Assembly: GCA_051382295.1 (NCBI GenBank)
Contig: JBBCAW010000018.1
Span: forward strand, 1-64,000
Reading direction: 5' to 3'
Source: Bdellovibrionota bacterium FG-1
Lineage (GTDB): Bacteria > Bdellovibrionota > UBA1018
DNA length: 64,000 nt
Made by a program: the position numbers and the translations under genes. The stretch's first letter is position 1, and each line of letters begins with the position of its first letter. Positions 51,415 to 61,120 of the stretch are shown here, in pieces. The notes under the pieces are model-generated. The model had not been told where the DNA came from. It searched no databases and saw only the letters and a program-made list of their open reading frames with translations.

Positions 51415-52581
51415 TTAACGATAAGCCGGAATGCCCGTGACCTCCGCTCCAATGACCAGGCGATGAATGTCTTCAGTGCCTTCGTAGGTGTTGACGGTTT
51501 CGAGATTCATCATATGGCGAATCACCGGATACTCGTCGATAATTCCGTTGGCGCCGAGCATATCGCGCGCGTCGCGTGCGCAGTCCAGAGCCATTCGGCA
51601 GTTATTCATTTTGGCGAGTGAGACTTGGTGAGGTTGAGCCTTGCCCGCTTCCTTGAGGCGTCCTAACTGAAGAACTAAAAGCTGACCTTTGGTGATTTCC
51701 TGAACCATCTTCGCCAACTTGGCCTGTACGAGTTGAAATCGTGCCATCGGAGAATTGAAGATCTTGCGCTCTTTCGTATAGTCGAGCGCGGTATGGTAAA
51801 CTTGATTTGCTGCGCCGAGCACGCCCCAGGCGATTCCATACCTGGCTTGAGTGAGGCAGCCGAGTGGGGCTTTAAGGCCTTCACCATGAGGAAGGATGTT
51901 GTCTTCGGGGACGATGCAATTTTCAAAGTGCAGTTCTGAAGTGACGCTCACGCGCAAAGAAAACTTGCCCTTCATGAGGGTGGTTGAAAATCCAGGGGTT
52001 CCTTTTTCCACGATAAATCCCCGGATTTTGCCTTCTAATCTTGCCCAGACGATTGCGACATTGGAAACGGATCCGTTGGTAATCCACATCTTGTTTCCGT
52101 TGAGGCGATAGCCTCCGGGGACTTTCTCCGCGCGGGTGATCATCCCGCCTGGGTCAGAACCAAAATCAGGCTCGGTCAGTCCAAAACAGCCCACCCATTC
52201 GCCGGTGGCCAGTTTTGGCAGATACTTTTGCTTTTGGGCTTCGCTTCCATAAGCGTGGATTGGATACATCACCAAAGCGCCTTGAACGGAAGCCATGGAG
52301 CGAATCCCCGAATCAGCGCGTTCGAGTTCCTGCATGACCAATCCGTAAGCGACATGGCCGATTCCAGGACAGCCATAGCCTTTGAGGCTTGAACCGAAAA
52401 GGCCCAGCTTGCCCATCTCCGGAATCAAATGCGCCGGAAACTGCTCGTTGCGATTGCATTCCTGCAAAACCGGTATGATTTGATCATCGACGAATTCTCG
52501 CACCGTGCTGCGGATCGCCAATTCTTCTTCGGTGAAAAGGGAGTCGATTTCCATGTAATTGAGGGATTGGTATTTTGACAT
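51415..52581 (-). CDS. gcdH: Acyl-CoA dehydrogenase, glutaryl-CoA dehydrogenase type
   Basis: ELERADSGIRS..SVQ, FGLTEP..GSDP, HMMNLETVNTYEGT. Confidence 0.8.
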   Translation of the reverse strand: MSKYQSLNYMEIDSLFTEEELAIRSTVREFVDDQIIPVLQECNRNEQFPAHLIPEMGKLGLFGSSLKGYGCPGIGHVAYGLVMQELERADSGIRSMASVQGALVMYPIHAYGSEAQKQKYLPKLATGEWVGCFGLTEPDFGSDPGGMITRAEKVPGGYRLNGNKMWITNGSVSNVAIVWARLEGKIRGFIVEKGTPGFSTTLMKGKFSLRVSVTSELHFENCIVPEDNILPHGEGLKAPLGCLTQARYGIAWGVLGAANQVYHTALDYTKERKIFNSPMARFQLVQAKLAKMVQEITKGQLLVLQLGRLKEAGKAQPHQVSLAKMNNCRMALDCARDARDMLGANGIIDEYPVIRHMMNLETVNTYEGTEDIHRLVIGAEVTGIPAYR

Positions 52582-52694
52582 GCGCCTGACTTTATGGCCT
52601 GACTTCCCTGGGTTCAATCAACAAAACGTCTCAGATGAAAAAAATCGGCATGAAGGCATGGACTCGCTCTTCAGCCGAGCTATGATGGCGCAAT

Positions 52695-54533
52695 ATGACG
52701 AAAAAACAATGCGTGGGCTGGTCTGCGGTGTTGATCTGGTGTTGGGTGAGTATGGCGGGGTGCGCCTTATCCTCTCCACCGCCTGCTGCAGCTATCGGTA
52801 GTTCAATGGATTCAGGCCATTGGACCGGTGAGGTCATGACTGAGGCGGAGAGTCGTTACCATCCGGTTGTGGGAACCCGCGGCATGGTGGTTGCTGACGA
52901 CCGCGAAGCTGCGGAATGGGGCGTGGAAATCATGCGTCGCGGCGGAAATGCCATCGATGCCGCTGTCGCGACGGCATTTGCGATGGCGGTCACTCGCCCT
53001 CATTACGCATCGTTAGGGGGTGGGGGGTTTATGGTTTATTGCCCCAAGCCCGAAAAGGGAAAGCCTCAGCCTTGTCAGAGTTTGGATTATCGCGAAGAAG
53101 CTCCGAGTGCGGCCACGCGTGATATGTATGTGCATGATGGAAAGGCTCATACCGAGCTTTCACAAAATGGCGCGCTGGCTTCGGGGGTCCCGGGTGTGAC
53201 TGCGGGGTTGCTCGCGGCTTTAGAAAAATTCGGTACATTACCACGACATAAAATTCTCTCACGTCCAATTGTCTTAGCTCGTGATGGGTTTTTGTTTTCA
53301 TCTCATGGCGAGGTTGCCGCTCAAGATCGTTGGACCCATATGAATGGAGAGACTCGCCGTATTTTTGGGTGTGATGAAAAAGGGATTCCTTGGCAAGATA
53401 AGCCTTCGCGAAAAGGCGTTCCTAAAGCACCGTGTGCGCCGCAGACTCGAATCAAACAGCATGATTTAGCCCGTGTTCTTGAGGTCATCGACAAAAAAGG
53501 CGCGCCAGGATTTTATGAGGGTCCGGTGGCTCAAAAGATTGTGGAGGGTCTCAAAGCCTCCCATGGGATCATGAGTTTAGAGGATCTCAAAAGTTACAAA
53601 CCCATTTGGCGAGAGCCGCTGTACGGCAAGTTTAAGGGGATGGAAATCGTTTCGATGCCTCCGCCCTCGGCGGGAGGTGCGGGGCTGTTGATGATGTTAG
53701 GGTATATGCAAAGAGCAGCCGCTGCGGGGGCGCTGTCTCAGGGGTATGGGGCCGCTCAGACGGTTCATGCGATTGCGCATGGAATGGCGCTTGCGTTTGC
53801 CGATCGCGCTGAATATTTTGGGGATCCCGGTTTTTGGAAGGTTCCCCTGGACACGTTGTTGTCGGCGCCTTATCTGGATTCGCGTTGGCAGACCTTTGAT
53901 TCGTCTCGTGCACATTTGCCCGAAAAAGCGGGGGATCTTCGGATAGAAGGCTCGCATACGACGCATTTTTCGGTCATCGACCGCGAAGGAAACGCCGTGG
54001 CGATTACTACGACGGTGAATGATAATTTCGGCTCTGGGTTTACGCCTCCCAGTACGGGTGTAGTGATGAATAATGAGATGGATGATTTTAGCATTCAGCC
54101 CGGCACGCCTAATTTATTTGGGCTTGTGGGCACGGAAGCCAATGCGATTGCTCCGCATAAGCGCCCTCTCAGTTCGATGTCGCCTACGATTGTCCGCGAT
54201 GCACAAGGGAATGCGCGAATCGTCATCGGGGCGGCGGGGGGGCCGAGGATTACGACTTCAGTTTTTCTATCGATCTTCAATCGCTTTCAATTTGGCATGA
54301 GTTTGACGGATGCAGTGGCGGCCTCTCGCCTTCATCAGCAGTGGCGGCCCGCTGCAATCAAGTTGGAGCGGTACGGCTTTTCGACGGATACGAGACGGCG
54401 CTTGGTGGAGATGGGGTATTCACTGGAAGACGTGACTGCCTCCGCAAAGGTGCATGCGCTTGAGCGTTTTCCAAATGGGCGAGTGTGGGGCGCACCAGAT
54501 TTTCGTGGTGAAGGGGCGGCGGTGGCGGAGTAG
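52695..54533 (+). CDS. ggt: Gamma-glutamyltransferase
   Basis: GGNAIDAAVA, DYRE.AP, TTHFSV, NNEMDDF, RPLSSMSPT. Confidence 0.95.
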   Translation: MTKKQCVGWSAVLIWCWVSMAGCALSSPPPAAAIGSSMDSGHWTGEVMTEAESRYHPVVGTRGMVVADDREAAEWGVEIMRRGGNAIDAAVATAFAMAVTRPHYASLGGGGFMVYCPKPEKGKPQPCQSLDYREEAPSAATRDMYVHDGKAHTELSQNGALASGVPGVTAGLLAALEKFGTLPRHKILSRPIVLARDGFLFSSHGEVAAQDRWTHMNGETRRIFGCDEKGIPWQDKPSRKGVPKAPCAPQTRIKQHDLARVLEVIDKKGAPGFYEGPVAQKIVEGLKASHGIMSLEDLKSYKPIWREPLYGKFKGMEIVSMPPPSAGGAGLLMMLGYMQRAAAAGALSQGYGAAQTVHAIAHGMALAFADRAEYFGDPGFWKVPLDTLLSAPYLDSRWQTFDSSRAHLPEKAGDLRIEGSHTTHFSVIDREGNAVAITTTVNDNFGSGFTPPSTGVVMNNEMDDFSIQPGTPNLFGLVGTEANAIAPHKRPLSSMSPTIVRDAQGNARIVIGAAGGPRITTSVFLSIFNRFQFGMSLTDAVAASRLHQQWRPAAIKLERYGFSTDTRRRLVEMGYSLEDVTASAKVHALERFPNGRVWGAPDFRGEGAAVAE

Positions 54534-54536
54534 GGA

Positions 54537-56162
54537 CTAAAACACCGTCTTCGGCTGATAACTGATCGACATTTGATCCGTCGAGGTCAGATTAAGCATG
54601 AAATCCAGATCTGTGATGGTCAGTGTTTTGTCAACCACGGTGTATTGATCCGAGCGCACGGTTGTACTTGTGCCGTCGGTATGTTTGACGGCCACGAGCA
54701 TGTCTTCGGCACCTGTGGGGGCGCGCTGAAGGGTAAAAATAGATTTCTTGCCGACAATGACGGTTCCGATTTTGTCCAAAATGGGCTGAAAATTGGTCGT
54801 ATCCGGATTGTTGGGGTCGATGAGTTCCATTTCAAAGGAGCCATTCCCGACGGCTTGATCAAAGGCAATATAGCGATCTCCGCGATCGCTGGTAATCCGA
54901 CGTCGTCCGTTGCCCAAGACATGAACGTCTTCGTCACCTCGGTTTTTGTGAAGCGCCATGAGGGATTCGCCACTCAAGGGAATGACCGAGACTGAAAAGT
55001 AATTGGGGTTGGCTCCATCCGTTCCGGTGGTTTTGTCGAGATCGGTAAAAAACTGATCCATCTGAGTTTTGACCTGCGTGGGAGGCATCAGGGTTTGGGT
55101 CTCAGGCTGGGGGGGGCAGAGGCTAATCGTGTAGGTGTAAGTCGAAAAAGTGCTGTCAGGATTGGTGCACAGGTTGTTGGAGTTATCCGTGCAAGGCACT
55201 TGCGTGCAGGTTCCCGAGGGGCAGGCGACTGTGCGAGAACGGCAATGGCCTACTCCTCCATCACCTATGTCTCCTACATCGTATTGGTAGCCAGTGACGG
55301 GGCTTGAAGCTGTATTGACATTGGGATCAACGGTTTGGTCATCTTCGTCCGAAACAATCAAAATCACGCGAAGTGAATTGGGTCTGAAAAGGGGATTGGG
55401 TGCAGTGCCTTGGGTGCTGAGCTCATTGTCGGCGACAAATTGCAAAATGGAGCCGAGCCCGCGTTCGATTCCGGATCCTGCGGCTCCCGTGCTGACGTTG
55501 GTCATAAAATCGTTGATCAGTTTTTGCGTCCAAACGTCAGGATCTGTCCCCGTGGGTAGAAGGGTTTTGACCAGAGGGTTGTTGGAGTGGATGTTGTCGT
55601 TGTTGAGGGTGTTGACGCATAAAATGGCGCTGTCCTGACCTGTTGCGGGATTGAGGCATTCCGCAATTCCGGTGAGCTGAGCGCCGACTTGGCCGTCGCG
55701 CACGGTGCATTGTCCATAACCGGTATAGAAATAAGGATTAGCGGCGGTGCAAGCTGAGGCCATGGGGCCGTCATGGTTGCCTGGCAAAAGCAGGCCCCAG
55801 TTCTGCTGCCACTTGGGGTAGGCGGCTTGGGTGCGGTAGGTGGCATAACGAGGATTGGCGAGGTAGGTATCGGTGGTAATGACTCCGACTTGAATGTCCC
55901 AGTTCGGGCGCATGTATTTTCGGGCAAAAGCAGAGAAGCCATTACGCAGACTTTTTTGGGAAGGGTCCATGCTGGCCGAATTGTCCACGACCCACAGCAT
56001 GTCGATCTTGGTGTTGACGTCTTGGGTGGTCGAAAAAGTTTCTTCAGCGGTTTTGAGTCGAAAAGAGTTGGGGAGCTGACCCGTGCAGGCGATTCCCGAG
56101 ATCATCGAAAGGGCTAGGGATGCGGTGAGGAAGAATAATGGGATGAGTCGCACGGGGTTCAT
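54537..56162 (-). CDS. vWA-like lipoprotein
   Basis: Lipobox GIAC; KIDMLWVVDNSASM; VSDEDD; Cys-rich inserts. Confidence 0.7.
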   Translation of the reverse strand: MNPVRLIPLFFLTASLALSMISGIACTGQLPNSFRLKTAEETFSTTQDVNTKIDMLWVVDNSASMDPSQKSLRNGFSAFARKYMRPNWDIQVGVITTDTYLANPRYATYRTQAAYPKWQQNWGLLLPGNHDGPMASACTAANPYFYTGYGQCTVRDGQVGAQLTGIAECLNPATGQDSAILCVNTLNNDNIHSNNPLVKTLLPTGTDPDVWTQKLINDFMTNVSTGAAGSGIERGLGSILQFVADNELSTQGTAPNPLFRPNSLRVILIVSDEDDQTVDPNVNTASSPVTGYQYDVGDIGDGGVGHCRSRTVACPSGTCTQVPCTDNSNNLCTNPDSTFSTYTYTISLCPPQPETQTLMPPTQVKTQMDQFFTDLDKTTGTDGANPNYFSVSVIPLSGESLMALHKNRGDEDVHVLGNGRRRITSDRGDRYIAFDQAVGNGSFEMELIDPNNPDTTNFQPILDKIGTVIVGKKSIFTLQRAPTGAEDMLVAVKHTDGTSTTVRSDQYTVVDKTLTITDLDFMLNLTSTDQMSISYQPKTVF

Positions 56163-56379
56163 TTGTTAATAATAGTTTAAATAGTTAAAAAATACAAACA
56201 AATGAATTTGTCTCAGACAGATTTATAAATTCTTGTTTTTATTCGTCTCAGCTGACGCCTGTTAGCTGATGGCTGACTAGCTAAAAAAGACTAATAAAAA
56301 CAGATCATGGATAAATGTATAGCGGTTATAACCATCATATAGATGATGACTTTGGCGGTTATAACAGCTAAAGTAAGTC

Positions 56380-57645
56380 ATGGTCTCACGCGCTGATCTC
56401 AAAAAAGTGATCGATGATTGGAATGGTTGGTTTGAGCGCGCAAGAGTGGATCTCTCCCCACGCCAGGAAGTCCTGACCTTGCCGCGGAAAAATGCTTTGG
56501 CCCTCATCGGGGTTCGGCGGGGTGGAAAGACTAGTTATGGCGTGCAGATCGCTAAAACTTTGGAGAACGTTCTATATATCAACTTTGAGGATCCGGCATT
56601 TTACGAGGACAACTCAGTTGGAAATTTGGAAGAATTGCTCTCTGTTTATGTTGAATTTAACCAGCGTCTTCCGGAGTTGGTTGTTTTCGATGAGATCCAG
56701 AATATCGACGGCTGGGAACGTTGGGTGCGTAAAGCGGTGGATATGGGTCAATTCGGTCTGATTCTGACCGGCTCATCTTCTAAGCTTCTGAGTTCTGAAA
56801 TTTCAACCTCCATTGCAGGGCGTTGCATTGAAAAGACCGTTTGGCCGCTCTCGTTTGGCGAGTTTCTGAAATTTTCAAATAACAAAGCGAGCTCTCAAGA
56901 CGAGTATCTCGCCGCGATGCGAATATTTTTGCAATGGGGGGGGTTTCCTGAAGTCGTTTTAACGCAAGACCCGCAAGAAAAGCGCGACTTGCTTCGCCAA
57001 TATATGAATGACTTGATTTTGAAAGACGTGATCAGCCGAAACGAGATTCGCAACAAAAGAGCCCTCGATGTCGTGGTTGCGCACTATTTTAGAAACATCA
57101 GCAAGCTTCATTCCTATACGGCCATTAAAAAAGGGTATGAGATCAGTACTGAAACAGCGGGCCAGTACACCGGGTTTTTGCAAGACGCTTTTTTGTTATT
57201 CGAGGTCAGTCGGTTTCACGCCAATCTCAAGATTAGCTCCAGGGATCCTAAGAAGATCTACGCAATCGATACGGGCCTGAGAAACGCGCACACGGTTTCG
57301 AATTCGGTCGACGATTTTGGAAAACTCGCTGAAAATGCGGTGTATATCGAACTCAGACGGAGAAAGCAGGACGTCTATTACTGGAGTAAAAAGCAAGAGG
57401 TCGATTTTCTCACGGTTGAAAATGGCGCACCCGTGGCGGCTATTCAGGTTTGCTATTCCGATATGCGCGAGCCGGAGGTTTTTGAGCGAGAAACTGGAGC
57501 GTTGCTCGAATGTCTGAATGACACGGGTTTAGACGAGGGCACGGTTCTCACCCTTTCGCGCGAGGAGTCACTCACCTTGGGTGGAAAGAGGATCCGATTG
57601 CAGCCGCTTTATCGGTGGCTCATGGCTGGGTATTTCAAAATTTAA
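56380..57645 (+). CDS. AAA_14/DUF4143 ATPase
   Basis: GVRRGGKT, FDEIQN, TGSSSKLL, GGFPE, EVDF. Confidence 0.88.
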   Translation: MVSRADLKKVIDDWNGWFERARVDLSPRQEVLTLPRKNALALIGVRRGGKTSYGVQIAKTLENVLYINFEDPAFYEDNSVGNLEELLSVYVEFNQRLPELVVFDEIQNIDGWERWVRKAVDMGQFGLILTGSSSKLLSSEISTSIAGRCIEKTVWPLSFGEFLKFSNNKASSQDEYLAAMRIFLQWGGFPEVVLTQDPQEKRDLLRQYMNDLILKDVISRNEIRNKRALDVVVAHYFRNISKLHSYTAIKKGYEISTETAGQYTGFLQDAFLLFEVSRFHANLKISSRDPKKIYAIDTGLRNAHTVSNSVDDFGKLAENAVYIELRRRKQDVYYWSKKQEVDFLTVENGAPVAAIQVCYSDMREPEVFERETGALLECLNDTGLDEGTVLTLSREESLTLGGKRIRLQPLYRWLMAGYFKI

Positions 57646-57811
57646 TCCTTTCTTACATTTTGTAATTCGAAACATTCGAGATTCAAGGGGTTTAACACTG
57701 CGTCACGATTCAACCCCTTGGATTCTGACCCTTATTTATTCTTGCTCGTTTTGACGTGTTTGGCCTTCCACTTGCTTTTAACATGATTTTATAGAAACGG
57801 AGAGTTGCGCC

Positions 57812-57898
57812 ATGACGGACTTGATGAACTTAGGATTTCTGCTGCTCACCTTCGGCCTGGGTATCGGGTTCGTGTGGGCCTGCGACCGAATGAAATAA
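57812..57898 (+). CDS. 28-aa membrane peptide upstream of kdpF
   Basis: MTDLMNLGFLLLTFGLGIGFVWACDRMK*, GGAG RBS; not in ORF track. Confidence 0.6.
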   Translation: MTDLMNLGFLLLTFGLGIGFVWACDRMK

Positions 57899-57916
57899 AA
57901 AGATGAGGTGATGACG

Positions 57917-58006
57917 ATGACCATAATTGATGCGGGCCTTTTGAGTGTTTCGCTACTGATCTTTGCCTACTTGATGTACGCACTGATCCATCCAGAGAAA
58001 TTTTGA
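57917..58006 (+). CDS. kdpF: K+-transporting ATPase subunit F
   Basis: MTIIDAGLLSVSLLIFAYLMYALIHPEKF* (YL.YAL..PE.F signature); GAGGTG RBS. Confidence 0.9.
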   Translation: MTIIDAGLLSVSLLIFAYLMYALIHPEKF

Positions 58007-58027
58007 GGCGCCAGAGAAACGGGAGAT

Positions 58028-58621
58028 ATGAACATGACATTTCGAGATTATTTACAGCTTGCACTTTTTCTGGGAATCCTCCTAGCCACTGCAAAACCGC
58101 TTGGAATATACATGGACAAGGTCTTCGACGGGACGAAGACTTTTCTCTCGCCGGTCATTGGCCCCATTGAGCGATTGATCTATCTACTTATGGGCGTTAA
58201 CCCGGACGAGGATCAGCCCTGGACCAAGTATGCGGTTCACATGCTCGTTTTTAGTGCGGTCGGTCTCGCGTTCACTTATGCCATTCTTAGGCTCCAACAC
58301 ATGCTACCGCTGAATCCAGCGGGGATGGGCGTCGTGAGCCCTCATCTCGCGTTCAACACCGCGATGAGTTTCACCACCAATACCAATTGGCAGGCATACG
58401 GAGGAGAGAGTACATTGAGTTATCTCTCGCAGATGGTGGGCCTTACTTTTCATAATTTCGTTTCAGCGGCTGTCGGCATATCGGTAGCTGTTGCCCTGAT
58501 TCGGGGAATTGCCCGAAAAGAAGCAAAAGGCATCGGCAATTTCTGGGCTGATTTGATTCGGTGCAATCTCTATGTAGAGTCCTTTTTTTACAGCACCGGC
58601 TTTTTAAACCCCTACTTTTGA
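58028..58621 (+). pseudogene. kdpA: K+-transporting ATPase subunit A, 3'-truncated
   Basis: [20 protein letters not shown] and GNFWADL, but only 197 aa (full length is about 560); no kdpB/C follow. Confidence 0.85.
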
Positions 58622-58700
58622 AATAAGTTTTTACGTCCGGAAAACCCTACTCATTCGCGCAGTCAGTTGTCATTTAAAGCTCGCGAATTTCGAAGGCGTT

Positions 58701-59999
58701 TTATTTCGAAACCGCGTTATGAACTGCGGCCGGCGTGGACTCCACCGTGGCGGTGTCGGCTCCGACCAGTTTGGCGGAACCATAGAGCTCAATCGCATAG
58801 CCCGAAGTGAGATTCATATTGGTCGGGTAGTCGATCGCGTAGACGTCGGAGACATTGCCCACATAATCCCAGCCGTCCGAATGGTTGGTATCGCGCGCGA
58901 TCGTGGCATTTTTGCTATTGTCGCCACCGGCGTGACGAGTAACGGTAATCGTGGTGGCGTCGGGTTCTTGCGCCAAAAACAGGTAACGCGTCCGAATATT
59001 GAGCCGGATCGTTTGAAGATTGTTGGCGATCTGATCGAGTGCTGCAGGGATCGGAACCGTACACACGTCGTAGGCGGGGCTATTGAGATTCGAAGACATT
59101 TGGATCAAACGAGTGCCCGCAAAACTATTGGCGCCCATGCAGCCACCGGCGATTTGTCGGCTTTTGGAGGTCAACGAGTAAAAGCGGATCTGTTGGGAGT
59201 TCCCTTTGAAATTCTGAAAAAAGGTCGTGTAGGCATTGAGGCTGCTGACGTTATTATTGCAATAGGGTTTAGGATTGGCGCCGGATTGACCGCACACAAT
59301 CGAGGGGTTTCCGCCCGCTAGATCATCTTGAATCATATCGCACGGGCCTTCCCAGCCGTCGTTGCGGGCGTGTCCATTGGCTTGCGTGCAGAGGTTGCGC
59401 TCGGAGGTGTCTTCGTCGGTACTGATTACGACGACCGCGAGAAAGGCATCGTTTCGCAAAAATCCTGATTGAGTGGTGCGCGAATCGAGGAGCGTTTGCC
59501 GAATATTGTGAAGCCCCGGAGCCTGGCTGGAGAGGCTCGTGTGGCTTCCATCCAAAAAGTCCGTGTAGTCACTCGGAAATCGAAAGTTGGCTGAAGCGAC
59601 CTGTCCGCCGACGGTGGATTGGGTGGCACCCGGAAAGGGCGCTAACCATTGCGAGCCCCAATTGACGTCGTATTGAGAGGCTTGAATCTGTTGGATAGGT
59701 CTAAAGGTCGTGAGTGGGATCGTCGCCAGGTGGTAATCCCAACCGCGCGTTTGGAGGCCGCTCAGAAATTGACCCATTTGACTCGAAACATTAGAGAAAA
59801 CTTCTCGAATCGAGCCGAGATCGTCTTCGACCAAAAGGATGTCCACCTTAGGCGCTATCGTAAAGGTGCCGGGGGCGACTTGTTGGTCTTGGCTTGCGGT
59901 GGCCTGAAAGGATTGAGGACCGCAGCCCGATGACAAAAGGGCCGTCATGGCGGTTAAACTGATTGAAAGGGCTACGGGGGCTTTGAATGCCTTTTTCAT
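58701..59999 (-). CDS. vWA-like lipoprotein (paralog of 54537-56162)
   Basis: Lipobox SSGC; KVDILLVEDD.GS; FLRNDA.L.VVVISTDED. Confidence 0.7.
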   Translation of the reverse strand: MKKAFKAPVALSISLTAMTALLSSGCGPQSFQATASQDQQVAPGTFTIAPKVDILLVEDDLGSIREVFSNVSSQMGQFLSGLQTRGWDYHLATIPLTTFRPIQQIQASQYDVNWGSQWLAPFPGATQSTVGGQVASANFRFPSDYTDFLDGSHTSLSSQAPGLHNIRQTLLDSRTTQSGFLRNDAFLAVVVISTDEDTSERNLCTQANGHARNDGWEGPCDMIQDDLAGGNPSIVCGQSGANPKPYCNNNVSSLNAYTTFFQNFKGNSQQIRFYSLTSKSRQIAGGCMGANSFAGTRLIQMSSNLNSPAYDVCTVPIPAALDQIANNLQTIRLNIRTRYLFLAQEPDATTITVTRHAGGDNSKNATIARDTNHSDGWDYVGNVSDVYAIDYPTNMNLTSGYAIELYGSAKLVGADTATVESTPAAVHNAVSK

Positions 60000-60012
60000 A
60001 CTGATGAGTAAG

Positions 60013-60028
60013 GCAAGGCCGATGCCAA
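60013..60028 (-). promoter_or_regulatory. Sigma-54 (-24/-12) promoter candidate
   Basis: Minus strand TTGGCATCGGCCTTGC = GG-N10-GC, 13 nt upstream of the lipoprotein ATG. Confidence 0.6.
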
Positions 60029-60214
60029 CGACTGAGGGTTGGGTAATTAATTAAAAGCATTTAATTACAAGGTGTTGGGCCTCGTTCTGGATGGGTGGGG
60101 TTTCATGGGGAGGAAAATTTGAGTGGTTTGTCTAAACGACTGTCAAATCGTTAGACGGTCGAAAAATCGATAAAACTGTTTCGCTCTGGCCCGCATCCCT
60201 TTAGAATTCTAGAT

Positions 60215-61105
60215 ATGGAAAACACCGGCAAGGTTCTATTCAAGGATGATTCACCTCAATGGTATGTGGCGCTGGGTGAGCGCTGGGTGGGGCCACTTTC
60301 GGCGGCGGACGTCTACAAGAAGGTAGTGGAGCAAGAGATCTCGTGGGCGCATTTTGTCTGGAAGGCGGGGCAAGCGGAATGGAAGCGCATCTGCGACGTT
60401 AAGGCGTTCCAAAGCGTGGTGCCCGCGCTTCCTCCCAAAGCGGAAGCTCCTAAAACGGCGCCCCCGCCAGCTGCAACGCGGGTGGTGGCGGTTCCCAAAG
60501 CGCCCACCGTTTCGGAATGGTTTCTCTATTATAACGAAACTCAGTTTGGCCCTTTTTCTTCCGAAGAAATAAGTCGGTTTTTGCGGGTGGGGAAAATCCA
60601 TGGACGCGTTCATATTTGGCGCGATGGAATGCCTAATTGGACCAAGATCGAGGCGGTGACCCAGTTTTTAGCGGATGTGGCCGAAGCTAAACAAGCTCGT
60701 GAGAAAAAGGTAGCCGGTCAGGGCAAGACTCCGCCGGCCCCGCGTGAGTCTGAAAAGGAAAAGGAGCAGCGAAAGACTCTGCGTAAGCCCGTCGTGGCTA
60801 AAATCATGATGGCGAATCAAGAAGCTTTGATTGTTGCGATTTGTCGAGACATTAGCATAGGAGGGATGCAGGTTTTGACGGACCGCATCCCCGGAAAACC
60901 GGGCACCCGCATCAAACTGAATGTGAGTCCTGCTGGCCGTTCCGGCGCAGCGGACGTTGCTCAGGGGGATATTGAGCCTTTTGTAGCTGAGGGGGTGGTG
61001 GTACGAGTGTTGGAGGATGGTCGAGGTTTTAGCTTTAGGTTTGAACGGCTTCCAGAAGCGTCACAGCGCGCCATAGAGAAATATATTGAAGCTGCCGGCG
61101 TCTGA
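60215..61105 (+). CDS. Tandem GYF_2 (DUF4339) plus PilZ domain protein
   Basis: Two WY/WF...GP.S...W..G..W repeats; QRKTLRKP and DISIGG PilZ motifs. Confidence 0.8.
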   Translation: MENTGKVLFKDDSPQWYVALGERWVGPLSAADVYKKVVEQEISWAHFVWKAGQAEWKRICDVKAFQSVVPALPPKAEAPKTAPPPAATRVVAVPKAPTVSEWFLYYNETQFGPFSSEEISRFLRVGKIHGRVHIWRDGMPNWTKIEAVTQFLADVAEAKQAREKKVAGQGKTPPAPRESEKEKEQRKTLRKPVVAKIMMANQEALIVAICRDISIGGMQVLTDRIPGKPGTRIKLNVSPAGRSGAADVAQGDIEPFVAEGVVVRVLEDGRGFSFRFERLPEASQRAIEKYIEAAGV

Positions 61106-61120
61106 TGGTTTCGTGGTGGA

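Noticed and set aside
57684..57795. Inverted repeat CAAGGGGTT/AACCCCTTG and T-rich direct repeats upstream of kdp (riboswitch or KdpE box)
   Set aside because: Too short and unspecific for a c-di-AMP riboswitch; T-rich repeats lie too close to the first start codon to call confidently
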